A DNA stretch of 64,000 nt from assembly GCA_963791725.1 (NCBI GenBank), contig CAWBTQ010000008.1, positions 360,359 to 424,358 on the forward strand, in the 5' to 3' direction. The position numbers were made by a program, and so were the translations under genes. This DNA comes from an uncultured Chloroflexia bacterium. Its GTDB lineage: Bacteria > Chloroflexota > Limnocylindria > Limnocylindrales > CSP1-4. Positions 1 to 9,190 of this stretch are shown here, in pieces (within the stretch, counting starts at the first letter, position 1; each line of letters opens with the position of its first letter). The notes below the pieces were generated by a model. It was not told the DNA's origin, did no database searches, and saw only the letters and a list, made by a program, of their open reading frames with translations.

Positions 1-549
1 ATCGGACTCGAGCTTCGCGAGCAGCTGACCGATTCGCTCGGGCGGCTCGTACGCGCCGGTCGGATTGTTCGGCTCGCACAGCCAAACCAGCTGCGCTGCC
101 CGAGCGGCATCGGCAATCGCACCGATATCGAGCCGGAAGCCCGCGTCCGGCCCGAGGCGAGGCACCGCCACGACGCTCGCCCCACGCTGTTCCGAGACGA
201 TTCGGTACATCGCGTATGTCGGCGCGGCAACCACGGCGACCGACCCCTCGCGCAAGGAGGCGCGCGCTATCAGGTCCAGCGCCTCGTCGGCTCCCGCGGT
301 CGGCAACAGCTCGTCCCGCTCCACGCCGTAGGCCTCCGCCGCGGCCGCCACGAGCGGCGCGTAGTCGCTCGGCGGGTACTCGCATAGCGGCGGGTCGAAC
401 GAGCCGGCGAGCACGTCGCTCAGGTCCGGCGGCAGGGGCGAGGTGTTTACGTCGAACCGCACGATCGACTCCCGGGGCAGGCCGTATTTCGTCGCCAGGG
501 AATCGGTCGTCGGCTCCCAAACGTACGTCGGCAGGACGGATCCGATCAT
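1..549 (-). CDS. hisC: histidinol-phosphate aminotransferase, N-terminal about 183 aa (gene runs off window start)
   Basis: Minus-strand translation from the ATG at 549-547 gives MIGSVLPTYVWEP...LCEPNNPTGAY, matching the class-II aminotransferase HisC N-terminus including the NPTG motif. Its start overlaps the hisD stop as ATGA. Confidence 0.75.
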   Translation of the reverse strand, partial: MIGSVLPTYVWEPTTDSLATKYGLPRESIVRFDVNTSPLPPDLSDVLAGSFDPPLCEYPPSDYAPLVAAAAEAYGVERDELLPTAGADEALDLIARASLREGSVAVVAAPTYAMYRIVSEQRGASVVAVPRLGPDAGFRLDIGAIADAARAAQLVWLCEPNNPTGAYEPPERIGQLLAKLESD

Positions 550-1880
550 TCGGCCGACTCGAACCGGACCTCGACGGCCCGCTTGTGCGCGCTCAGGCCC
601 TCGGCCTCGGCCACGGCCTCGACCGAGTCGCGGATGGCTGCGAGGCCGGAGCGCGTGATCCGTTGAACCTGGATGAACTTGCCGAAGCTCTCGGTGGAGA
701 GCGCCCCGCTGGAGCGGGCAAGCCCACCGGTCGGCAGGACGTGGTTTGCCCCCGAGGCATAGTCCCCGGCCGACTCGGGCGCGTACGGGCCGACGAAGAG
801 CGAACCCGCATTCCGTAGCCGCGCCACTGCCTCCTCCACGTCGTCCACGACCACGGAGAGATGCTCCGGTGCATAAGCGTTGACGAAATCGAGCGCCGTG
901 CTGCGATCCGGCGCGAGGACGACGAGCCCGCAGCTGGTCAGGGAACGCCGCAGGATCTCGCGCCTGGCCGCCGCGGCCAGTTGAACGTCCAGCTCCGCCT
1001 CGACGGCGGCGGCGAAGTCGGCGTCCCAGGTGACAAGCAGGGCAGGGGAGTCGGGGCCGTGCTCGGCCTGGGAGAGCAGGTCCGACGCGACATGGATCGG
1101 ATCGGCGGTCGCGTCGGCGATCACCATGACCTCCGAAGGACCGGCCGGGAGATCGATGCCGCACTCGCCGAAGACTTCGAGCTTGGCGGCCGTCACCCAG
1201 GCGTTGCCGGGGCCCACTATCCGGTCTACGGGCGCCACGCCCGCTTCCGGCAGGCCGTAGGCGAGCGCCCCAACCGCCTGAGCGCCGCCCGCAACTACGA
1301 AGGTATCGACGCCCGCGAGACCGGCGGCGCCCAACAGGGTGGCGTTGAGCCGGCCGTCGGCGGCGGCGGGCGACGCCACGACGACCGCGCCCACACCGGC
1401 CACCCTGGCGGGCACGACGCCCATCAACAGGGAACTTGGGTAGGCGGCGGAGCCGCCCGGAGCGTAGATGCCGACACGCGCCAGCGGGACCCACCGGCGC
1501 TCGATGTCGACGCCCGGGACGATGGTCGTGGTCCGGGTCTCCGGCAGCTCCGTCTCGGCGAAGCGGCGGATGTTCTCGATCATCTGCTCGAGGCCGGCCC
1601 TGATGCGTGGCAAGAGAGCATCTCGGGCCAATTCCATCTCGGCGCGCGTGACGATGAGGTCTCCGTTCGCGCGCCCGCCGCCGAACCTGGCGTTAGCCGC
1701 ACGCACGGCAGCGTCGCCGCCCGACTTCACCCGGGCCAGGATCGCCCTCGCGCCGTCCCTCACGCTGCCGTCCGGCACTGCGCCGCGGCGCACGAGGGCA
1801 CGTATCTCGGCCGCTGCCGAAGGATCGGTGTCGGCCAGCGACAGATCGAGCCGGCGGAGGGTCACCGCTGCGCCGCTCAT
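546..1880 (-). CDS. hisD: histidinol dehydrogenase
   Basis: The 445-aa C-terminal part of the 739-aa track ORF (MSGAAVTLRRL...SAHKRAVEVRFESAE) is full-length HisD. Its ATG at 1880-1878 overlaps the hisG stop; the upstream part of the 739-aa ORF is a read-through artefact across hisG in another frame. Confidence 0.9.
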   Translation of the reverse strand: MSGAAVTLRRLDLSLADTDPSAAAEIRALVRRGAVPDGSVRDGARAILARVKSGGDAAVRAANARFGGGRANGDLIVTRAEMELARDALLPRIRAGLEQMIENIRRFAETELPETRTTTIVPGVDIERRWVPLARVGIYAPGGSAAYPSSLLMGVVPARVAGVGAVVVASPAAADGRLNATLLGAAGLAGVDTFVVAGGAQAVGALAYGLPEAGVAPVDRIVGPGNAWVTAAKLEVFGECGIDLPAGPSEVMVIADATADPIHVASDLLSQAEHGPDSPALLVTWDADFAAAVEAELDVQLAAAARREILRRSLTSCGLVVLAPDRSTALDFVNAYAPEHLSVVVDDVEEAVARLRNAGSLFVGPYAPESAGDYASGANHVLPTGGLARSSGALSTESFGKFIQVQRITRSGLAAIRDSVEAVAEAEGLSAHKRAVEVRFESAE

Positions 1881-2737
1881 GAGACGAGCTTCTCGATGGG
1901 CAGGATCAGGATCCCCGAGGCGCCGGCGGCCTTCAGCCGCGGCAGCAGCGACCAGACCTGATCGGCGTCGACGACCGAGTGGATGGCGCACATGCCCGCG
2001 TGCGCCAGCGGGATGATCGAGGGCGACTCGAGCCCCGGCAGCAGGTCCTCGAGCTCGGCCAGCTTCGCCGCCGGCGCGTTCATCATCAGGTACTTGCGGT
2101 CGCGGGCGGCGAGGGTCGCTCCCAGCATCGTCCGGATCGTCTCGATGTCGTCGCACCTGTCCCGCAGGGCCGCCTTGTTGGCCAGGAGGACCGCCTCGGA
2201 GGCGAATACCTCTTCGATCGCCTGCAGGCCGTTGACGACAAGGGTCGAGCCCGTTGAGACGAGGTCGACGATCGCCTCGGCCAGGCCCAGGCGAGGTGCC
2301 ACTTCTGCCGCCCCGGACACCGGGATTACGTCGACGGGAATGGATCGCTCCTCGAAGTACCTCCTGGTCAGGGAGATGTGCGACGTGGCCACCCGAAGCC
2401 CGGCGAGGTCCTCTGCGGCCCGGAAGGGCGAGCCGTTTGGCACCGCGATAGTGAGACGGCATCTGCCGTAACCGAGCGTGCGGAGTCGCGGCACGTCGGA
2501 GCCGGACTCTGCCACCAGATCGAGCCCGGTGACGCCGAGCTCGGCGACGCCGTCGCTCACGAACTCGACCACGTCGTTGGTGCGCACGAACAGGATGTCC
2601 AGCTCGAAGTTCTGGACGCGCGCGACCAGCGCCCGCTCGCCGGCCTCGAACACCAGTCCAGCGTCGCGAAGGAGGGCGACCGTTGGCTCGACGAGCCGAC
2701 CCTTGTTGGGGATGGCCAGCCGCAGGCGTCGGGTCAT
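1877..2737 (-). CDS. hisG: ATP phosphoribosyltransferase (long form)
   Basis: The 286-aa ORF MTRRLRLAIPNKGRLVEPT... matches HisG. It overlaps both the hisD start and the yerC-like stop. Confidence 0.9.
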   Translation of the reverse strand: MTRRLRLAIPNKGRLVEPTVALLRDAGLVFEAGERALVARVQNFELDILFVRTNDVVEFVSDGVAELGVTGLDLVAESGSDVPRLRTLGYGRCRLTIAVPNGSPFRAAEDLAGLRVATSHISLTRRYFEERSIPVDVIPVSGAAEVAPRLGLAEAIVDLVSTGSTLVVNGLQAIEEVFASEAVLLANKAALRDRCDDIETIRTMLGATLAARDRKYLMMNAPAAKLAELEDLLPGLESPSIIPLAHAGMCAIHSVVDADQVWSLLPRLKAAGASGILILPIEKLVS

Positions 2738-3060
2738 CGAGCCTTCTCTCCAGCCGTAGATTCATTGGCCCGCCGCAGCCGCTCCAGTGCGGCCGTGTAG
2801 CCGCCCTCGCCGTGGTGCAGCCACTGTGCGATGCGGGTTATCGTCGCCGTGCTCGCACCGGTCCGGCTCGAGATCTCCGCGTAGTGCATGCCCGCGTCGA
2901 GCAGCCGGACCACCGCCCAGCGCTGGGCCATGTCGTGCAGCTCGCCCAGCGTGCACAGATCACGGAAGAAGGCGGAGGCCTCGTCGGGCGTCTCGAGGCG
3001 GAGAATAGCCGCGAGCAACTCTCCCACGGCCTCGTCCCGCCAGGCTTCCATCGCACTCAT
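2734..3060 (-). CDS. TrpR-like YerC/YecD family DNA-binding protein
   Basis: Internal ATG of track ORF 2734..3144 gives MSAMEAWRDEAVGELL...ISSRTGASTATITRIAQWL, a helix-turn-helix typical of yerC genes that precede hisG in Gram-positive-type his operons. AGGAAC sits just upstream. Confidence 0.6.
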   Translation of the reverse strand: MSAMEAWRDEAVGELLAAILRLETPDEASAFFRDLCTLGELHDMAQRWAVVRLLDAGMHYAEISSRTGASTATITRIAQWLHHGEGGYTAALERLRRANESTAGEKAR

Positions 3061-3134
3061 CGTCGTTCCTCGTGGACGCTTCGGCCGGGCCGTTTCTGCG
3101 GCTCTCCGGCGTGCTGGTGTGCTAGCATAGTAGC

Positions 3135-3902
3135 ATGCTATCACGCACGCAAGTTCCGCGACCCGGGGCTTTCCATTTGCTGCCGGCGATCGACCTGAGA
3201 GGCGGTAAGGTCGTGCGGCTCTCCGAGGGCGACTTTGGTCGTGAGACGATCTACGGGTCAGATCCGGCCGAGGTGGCGCTTCGTTTCGCGGCCGCCGGGG
3301 CGGAATGGATCCACATCGTGGATCTGGAGGGGGCGCGGGAGGGGGCTCGCCGCCAGACGGACGCCGTCGCCGGAATCGTGGCGGCAGTGGGGGACAGGGT
3401 CGCCTGCGAGGTCGCCGGCGGGCTCAGGGACGAGGCGGCGGTGGAGTCCGTTCTGACGGCCGGCGCGGCGCGGGTGGTCCTGGGCACCGCGGCCCTGCGT
3501 GACCCCCGCCTCGTGGAGCGGCTGGTCGCCCGTTTCGGATCGGATCGCATCGCCATCGCCATCGACGTGCGGGATGGGATGGCGATCGGTCAGGGCTGGG
3601 GACCGGGCGCCCCCGGCGTGGCCGTCGAGGGTGCCCTTGCGGAACTGTCCGCTCGCGGCGCCCGAACATTCATCGTGACTGCGATCGAACGTGACGGCCT
3701 GCTCGAAGGGCCGAACCTCGGCCTGCTGAAGCGCGCGGTCGGGCTCGGCTGCGGCGAGATCGTCGCGTCCGCGGGCATCTCGTCACTCCAGGACGTCTCC
3801 GCCGTTCGGGCCATCGGCTGCGTGGGCGCTGTGCTCGGCCGCGCGATCTACGAGGGCCGGCTGGACCTGGCCACTGCGATCCGGCTGAACCGCGCCGGTT
3901 GA
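3135..3902 (+). CDS. hisA: phosphoribosylformimino-5-aminoimidazole carboxamide ribotide isomerase (HisA/PriA)
   Basis: LLPAIDLRGGKVVRL N-terminal signature and (beta/alpha)8 HisA family body. Divergent from the his operon; the true start may be an internal alternative codon. Confidence 0.85.
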   Translation: MLSRTQVPRPGAFHLLPAIDLRGGKVVRLSEGDFGRETIYGSDPAEVALRFAAAGAEWIHIVDLEGAREGARRQTDAVAGIVAAVGDRVACEVAGGLRDEAAVESVLTAGAARVVLGTAALRDPRLVERLVARFGSDRIAIAIDVRDGMAIGQGWGPGAPGVAVEGALAELSARGARTFIVTAIERDGLLEGPNLGLLKRAVGLGCGEIVASAGISSLQDVSAVRAIGCVGAVLGRAIYEGRLDLATAIRLNRAG

Positions 3903-4003
3903 TCGCGCAGGGCACCGCGACGGCGCGTTGAGCCAGACGGCTAGGTATCGCCCGAACTCGCCGCTCCACGGCGCGCCAACCTCACCGCCGGCTGCGGCGC
4001 AGA

Positions 4004-5449
4004 TCAAACCTGGGCGCCGGTCTCTCCGATCGACAGCAGCCGGCGAACGGCCCGTCGGTCCAGCTTGCCCGTGCCAAGGCGGGGAACTTCCCGTACACGG
4101 ACGATGGCGACCGGCGCCTTGAATCCGGCCAGCCGGCCGCGGCAGTAGACCAGGATCTCTTCGTCCGTCGCCGCCGCACCCGGGCGAATGGCCACGGCGG
4201 CGACCGGGACGGCGCCCCATGTCCGGTCCGGTCGGCCGGCAACGCCCGCGTCTACGATGGCCGGGTGGCTTGTGAGTACCGCCTCGACCTCGGCCGGGTA
4301 GACGTTCTCGCCGCCGGAGACGATGAGGTCCAGGCGTCGGTCCGCGACGACCAGGTAGCCGCCCGCGTCGACGCTGCCGAGGTCGCCGGTCCCATACCAG
4401 CCATCGGCGTCGAACGACGCCTCGGTTTCGGCCCGATGGCCGACGTAACCGGAGAAGAGGCTCGGCCCCCTTATCTCGATCTCGCCGACGCCGTCGTCTG
4501 AGGGGCGCGCGATCCGCAGCTCAACGCCCGGCAACGCTCTACCGGAGGAGGCGGGCCTGGCTGCGGCCTCGGCCGTCGCCAGGGCGGTAACGCCCGATGC
4601 GGACTCGGTCATGCCGTAGGTCGGAACCAGCGGCCATCCGAGCGCCAGCGCCCTGGAGACGAGACCGGGATCGATCGGGCCGCCTCCGAGCAAGGCTGCC
4701 CGCAGGTTCGACGGGGCCGGCGCGGAGCCGGCTTCGTCGAGCAGTCGGGCGAGCTGCACCCCCACCACAGAAACGTGACTGACGGGCGGCTGGCACGCCG
4801 CGCGCAGGAGTGAGGCGGCGTCGCCCGCAGACGGGATCACCACCGGTACACCAGCCATGGCCGCTCGCCAGACGATCCCGAGTCCGCCGACGTGGGCGAG
4901 CGATAGGGAAGCGAGCCAGCCGGTCGCCCCCGGAAGGAAGTCGTTCCAGGCGGCGGCGCTTGCCGCCATCTGGCGGTGCGTGATGAGGGCGACTTTCGGC
5001 CTGCCGGTCGTGCCCGAGCTGGCGACGATGACGGCCGGGTCGCCTGGGACCGCGGTCCCCGGTCGCGGCATGGCCGCGGGCCATTCCGCCAGCGCCTCGA
5101 GCGAGAGGGCCGGGCGACCGAGCAGACCGGCCCGGACGGTCATTTCCCGCGACGCCACTACGGCAGCCGCGCCGGCATCGGCCAGGATCCGGTCCAATTC
5201 GGCGGTGGCCAGCCGCGTGTTGAGGGGCACGACGGCGGCACCCGAGCGTCCGGCGCCGTACAAGAAGGCTATGGCCGCCGCACTCGTGCGGGCAAGCAGC
5301 GCGACCCGGCTGCCCGGGATGATGCCCGCGTCGGTCAATCCCGCGGCAACCGCATCGGCTCGGGCGTCCAGCTCGCGCCAGGTCCATCTCAGCGTGCCGT
5401 CGATTACGGCCGGAGAGCCGGCCCGATCCAACGCGTTGACGCGCCCCAC
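4004..5449 (-). CDS. menE: o-succinylbenzoate-CoA ligase (AMP-binding)
   Basis: C-terminal 480 aa of the 882-aa track ORF carries the adenylate-forming motifs SSGTTGRPK, YGMTE and GWYGTGDLG...GENVYP. A GTG start near 5449 follows the menC stop at 5497. Confidence 0.8.
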   Translation of the reverse strand: MGRVNALDRAGSPAVIDGTLRWTWRELDARADAVAAGLTDAGIIPGSRVALLARTSAAAIAFLYGAGRSGAAVVPLNTRLATAELDRILADAGAAAVVASREMTVRAGLLGRPALSLEALAEWPAAMPRPGTAVPGDPAVIVASSGTTGRPKVALITHRQMAASAAAWNDFLPGATGWLASLSLAHVGGLGIVWRAAMAGVPVVIPSAGDAASLLRAACQPPVSHVSVVGVQLARLLDEAGSAPAPSNLRAALLGGGPIDPGLVSRALALGWPLVPTYGMTESASGVTALATAEAAARPASSGRALPGVELRIARPSDDGVGEIEIRGPSLFSGYVGHRAETEASFDADGWYGTGDLGSVDAGGYLVVADRRLDLIVSGGENVYPAEVEAVLTSHPAIVDAGVAGRPDRTWGAVPVAAVAIRPGAAATDEEILVYCRGRLAGFKAPVAIVRVREVPRLGTGKLDRRAVRRLLSIGETGAQV

Positions 5450-5496
5450 CGACGGCAAGGGGCGGATGGTCGGCTCGGGGCGGCCGATCTTGCCGC

Positions 5497-6601
5497 TCAC
5501 GAGTTGGGTGCCATCCGCTCCACCGTGTAGCGCCTGAGGGCCTCCTCGTCGAGGAGGGCGTTCTCGCGCAGCGCCATGCGGCCATCCAGCACCGGGGTTG
5601 GTACCCGCAGAAGATCGTGGACCAGGAAGGCGGCCGTGGCGAGACCGTGGGCGCGTTCCGGCCCAACCCGAGGGAGGCCGGCCGCGGCTCGAACGGCCGC
5701 GCCGGTCCCGATGCCCGTCTCCAGGAAGGTGCTGAGTACCACCGGCACGCCGACGCTGGCGGCGCGGGCGGCGATCTCTCGAACGACCGCCGGCCCGCCG
5801 ACCCGGGCCGGCTTTACGACCAGCACGTCGGCCGCTTCGGCGGATAGCACGGCGGCGGCGGCCGCGGAGGAAATCGATGGACTCGTCGAGGGCTATCGGA
5901 ACGGCGGATCCGCGCCGGAGTCGAGCGTGACCATCGAGTTCCTCCGGCGCCAGCGGCTGCTCGACGTACTCGATCGCGAAGGCGGCTATGGCCTCGAGGC
6001 GCTCCACCGCCATCGCCAGATCCCAGCTGCAGTTGGCGTCGAGTCGGAGCCCCACCGGCGCGCCAACGGCGGCCCTCACGGCCGCGACACGGTCGACCAG
6101 TGAGCCCACCGGCTCCGGACCGACCTTCAGCTTGATGCAGCGGAAGCCGTCGGCGGCAGCCCGTGCGGCAGCCGTCGCCGCCTCGTCGGGACCCATGACG
6201 TCCAGCGTTGCGTTGACGGCCACCGACCCGGCTCGACACGGGTCCGGCGCGCCCGCCTGGGCGGCTCGCGACAGCGCCTCCAGGGCCCCGTCCAGGCCGG
6301 CTCGAACCGCCCGCGATTCCGGCTCCGCATGGTCGCGGCGGTTCCAATCGGGAAGCCGCCCGACCGCCACGATTCCCAGCGCATCGCGCAAGACCTCCGT
6401 CAGCCGCCGCTCCTGGCCGCTCGATGCCGACGGATCCAGGGCGATCTCGCCCCAGCCGGCCCTTCCCTGGCCGTCGAACAGCCGCAGGATCCACGAGCGG
6501 CGCACCGTGACGATGCCTCGAGCGGTCGCGAACGGCCGCCGGAACGGCACGCACACGTGGAACGCCTCGGCCTGAAGCGCCGATGGAAGACGGACGTCCA
6601 C
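5497..6601 (-). pseudogene. menC: o-succinylbenzoate synthase MenC, interrupted by an apparent -1/+1 frameshift in a GCC repeat near 5848-5865
   Basis: N-terminal enolase-superfamily part (to ...IALDESIDFL) is in the frame of ORF 4004..6652. The C-terminal part (VLSAEAADVLVVKPARVGG...) is ORF 5497..5850 in another frame. The join falls in ggcggcggcggccgcgg. Could be a sequencing indel rather than a true pseudogene. Confidence 0.6.
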
Positions 6602-6605
6602 CCGG

Positions 6606-7526
6606 CTACCGGCCCAGCGCCAGGCCGATCGCGAACAGGACCGCGAAGCCAAGCGTCAGCATGGCGGTCCCTCGCAAGACCGAATTGAGCCGTCGCGGAT
6701 CGCCCTGACCGTAGACGGTCCGCAGGAGCGGGAGTGCCACCGGAACGGTCAGGAGCGGCAGCAAGGCCGCCGGCCCGGCTCCGAGCGAGGCGTCGGCCGA
6801 CCGCGCCGCCACCAGCCCCACCGGCACGATCCAGGCGAGGATGAGGCAGGCCGCGTACTCCGCCCTGGCAAAGGACTCACCGAATGTCACGGCCAGCGTC
6901 CGCTTGCCGGCCGCCCTGTCGGTCGTCGTGTCGCGCAGGTTGTTGATCACGAGGATCCCCGTCGTCAGGGTGCCGATCGGTACCGCGGCCAGGGCGTAGA
7001 GCGCTTCCACCCGGCCCGACTGGAGCTCGGCCGTTCCGACGACGGCCGCGAGGCCGAAGAACATGAAGACAAAGACTTCTCCCAGACCGCGGTAGCCGTA
7101 GGGGAATGGACCTCCCGTGTAGCCGAGCAGGGCCAGGATCGCGGCGGCGCCGAGCACCAGGATCGCCGGGCCGCCGACCACGGCCAGCCACAGGCCGACT
7201 GCGGCGGCGACGGCCAGAACCAGGACGATGCCGGCCTGGAGCTGGCGATCCGTCACCAGACCGGCCGCCGCGACCCTGGTCGGGCCCAACCGGTCAGCGT
7301 TGTCGGCTCCTCTCCGGAAGTCCGACAGATCGTTGGCCAGGTTGGCCGCAATCTGGAGAAGAAGGGCCACGGCCGCGCATCCGAGAGCCGTGTCCGGGCG
7401 GAACGCGGCGCCCGTCGCCAGGGCGGCTCCCAGTCCGACAACGACGCCGCTGACCGAGGCCGGCAGAGTCGCCGGGCGGATGGCGAGCAGCCAGGTATGC
7501 AGGCTCGGAGGCGAAGCGAAGCTCAT
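6606..7526 (-). CDS. menA: 1,4-dihydroxy-2-naphthoate polyprenyltransferase (UbiA family)
   Basis: An internal ATG at 7526 gives a 306-aa multi-TM UbiA-family protein with NDxxD-type motifs ([10 protein letters not shown]). Its start overlaps the menB stop as ATGA. Confidence 0.85.
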   Translation of the reverse strand: MSFASPPSLHTWLLAIRPATLPASVSGVVVGLGAALATGAAFRPDTALGCAAVALLLQIAANLANDLSDFRRGADNADRLGPTRVAAAGLVTDRQLQAGIVLVLAVAAAVGLWLAVVGGPAILVLGAAAILALLGYTGGPFPYGYRGLGEVFVFMFFGLAAVVGTAELQSGRVEALYALAAVPIGTLTTGILVINNLRDTTTDRAAGKRTLAVTFGESFARAEYAACLILAWIVPVGLVAARSADASLGAGPAALLPLLTVPVALPLLRTVYGQGDPRRLNSVLRGTAMLTLGFAVLFAIGLALGR

Positions 7527-8347
7527 GGCCGCCGCGGAAAGCGCGAGAAGTCCGGCTTGCGCTTCTCGAGGAAGGCCTTCGAGCCTTCGGCCGCTTCCTC
7601 GGTCGTGTAGTAGAGACCCGTGGCGTTGCCGGCCAGCTCCTGCAGGCCGGCCAGACCGTCGGTCGAGGCGAGGAAGGAAGCCTTGAGGAAGCGGATGGCG
7701 GTCGGGCTCATGGCCAGGATCTCGTCCGCCCAGGCCACGCCCTCGGCCTGCAATGTAGCTAGCGGTACGACCTTGTTCACGAGGCCCATCGCCAGCGCTT
7801 CCTGGGCCGTGTACTGCCGGCACAGGAACCAGATCTCGCGGGCCTTCTTGTCGCCGACGAGGCGGGCCAGCAGCCCGACCCCGAAGCCGGCATCGAAGCT
7901 GCCGACGCGGGGCCCGACCTGCCCGAAGACGGCGTTCTCGCCCGCGATGCTCAGATCGCAGACGACGTGCAGGACGTGGCCGCCGCCGATGGCGTAGCCG
8001 TTCACTAGTGCGATCACGGGGATGGGGAGGGAACGAATCTGCCGCTGCAGGTCGAGGACGTTCAGGCGGGCGATGCCGTCGCCGCCAACGTACCCGCCGC
8101 GGCCTCGGACGTTCTGATCGCCGCCGGCGCAGAAGGCCACGTCGCCGGCTCCGGTGAGGAGAACGCAGCCGATCGAGGCGTCGTCGCGGATCTGGTAGAA
8201 GGCGTCGATCAACTGCTGGACCGTCTCCGGCCTGAAGGCGTTGCGGACGCGCGGTCGATTGATCGTGACCCGGGCGATCCCGGTGCCCGAATGCTCGTAG
8301 AGGATGTCGCTGTACTCGGCGACCGGCGTCCAGGTGGTAGTGGCCAT
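7523..8347 (-). CDS. menB: 1,4-dihydroxy-2-naphthoyl-CoA synthase (crotonase fold)
   Basis: The 274-aa sequence carries the MenB signatures ...[15 protein letters not shown]...KVVP... and the C-terminal KRKPDF. Confidence 0.9.
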   Translation of the reverse strand: MATTTWTPVAEYSDILYEHSGTGIARVTINRPRVRNAFRPETVQQLIDAFYQIRDDASIGCVLLTGAGDVAFCAGGDQNVRGRGGYVGGDGIARLNVLDLQRQIRSLPIPVIALVNGYAIGGGHVLHVVCDLSIAGENAVFGQVGPRVGSFDAGFGVGLLARLVGDKKAREIWFLCRQYTAQEALAMGLVNKVVPLATLQAEGVAWADEILAMSPTAIRFLKASFLASTDGLAGLQELAGNATGLYYTTEEAAEGSKAFLEKRKPDFSRFPRRP

Positions 8348-9190
8348 TCAGGAGTCCTCCTGCGAGCTTGTACGGGACGCTCGAGGCGCCGCAATGAATG
8401 ACAGGACGAGCGAGCGGAAGACGGCCGGCTTCTCGAGGTGAGTTGCATGGCCGGCGCCTTCGATGAGTTCGAGCCGGGCCCCCGGGATGCCGGCCGCGAC
8501 GACCTCCGCCCGCCCCCGAACGGGGTCCAACGCGCCGCAGAGCACGAGCGTCGGCGCCACGACCTCACGCAGGCGGTCGTGCAGCGGTTCCATGACGCCC
8601 TGGCCGGCGCCGCGAAGGCTTCCCGCCAGGCCCCGGGCGCGGTTGCGGAGCCGCTCGGCATGGAGTCGCCTCCGAGTTGAATCCGGCAGTGCGGCTTGCG
8701 TCGCGAAGAGCGGCAGACTCTCCCAGCGGGCGACGAAATTCGGCATTCCATCCCGTTCGATGGCATCGGCGAGGGCTTCATCGGCGGCGCGGCGCGCCGA
8801 CCGCTCGGACGGATCGGCGATGCCGGCGGACGGGCTCTCCAGGACGAGCCGCCGGACGGCCGGCGGGTGGCCGATGGCGAGAGCCAGGGCCACGCGGGCC
8901 CCGAACGAATAGCCGATTACGTCGGCGGGTCGGCCGGCGACCCGGCGGAGGATGTCGGCCAGGTCGGCCGCCTGTCTGGCGGGCGCGTGCCGGGCCGCAT
9001 CCGCCGGCGCGTCGGACCGGCCGTGGCCGAGCAGGTCGACCTGGATCGTCGTCGCCACGCGCCTCAGGGCCGGCAGGTGAGGCGCCCAGGCCGCGCCCCG
9101 GCCGGTGAAGCCGTGCAGGAGGAGAAGTGGCCGTCCACTCCCTCCCAGGCGAACCTCGTAGCGAACGCCGTCGACCTGCAGCCGGGTCAC
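8348..9190 (-). CDS. menH: 2-succinyl-6-hydroxy-2,4-cyclohexadiene-1-carboxylate synthase (alpha/beta hydrolase)
   Basis: Alpha/beta hydrolase with LLLLHGFTG and GYSFGARVA (nucleophile elbow). It sits between menD and menB with overlapping start and stop codons. Confidence 0.75.
   Translation of the reverse strand: MTRLQVDGVRYEVRLGGSGRPLLLLHGFTGRGAAWAPHLPALRRVATTIQVDLLGHGRSDAPADAARHAPARQAADLADILRRVAGRPADVIGYSFGARVALALAIGHPPAVRRLVLESPSAGIADPSERSARRAADEALADAIERDGMPNFVARWESLPLFATQAALPDSTRRRLHAERLRNRARGLAGSLRGAGQGVMEPLHDRLREVVAPTLVLCGALDPVRGRAEVVAAGIPGARLELIEGAGHATHLEKPAVFRSLVLSFIAAPRASRTSSQEDS

Noticed and set aside
546-2765. 739-aa track ORF upstream extension of hisD
   Set aside because: The first 294 aa overlap hisG in a different frame and are Arg/Pro-rich. 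hisD begins at the ATG overlapping the hisG stop (ATGA).
4004-6652. 882-aa track ORF looks like a MenC-MenE fusion protein
   Set aside because: The MenC C-terminal half (ADVLVVKPARVGG...) is encoded in a different frame (ORF 5497..5850). The 882-aa frame between the MenC N-domain and MenE is Arg/Gly-rich junk. Best read as menC (frameshifted) plus a separate menE starting near 5449.
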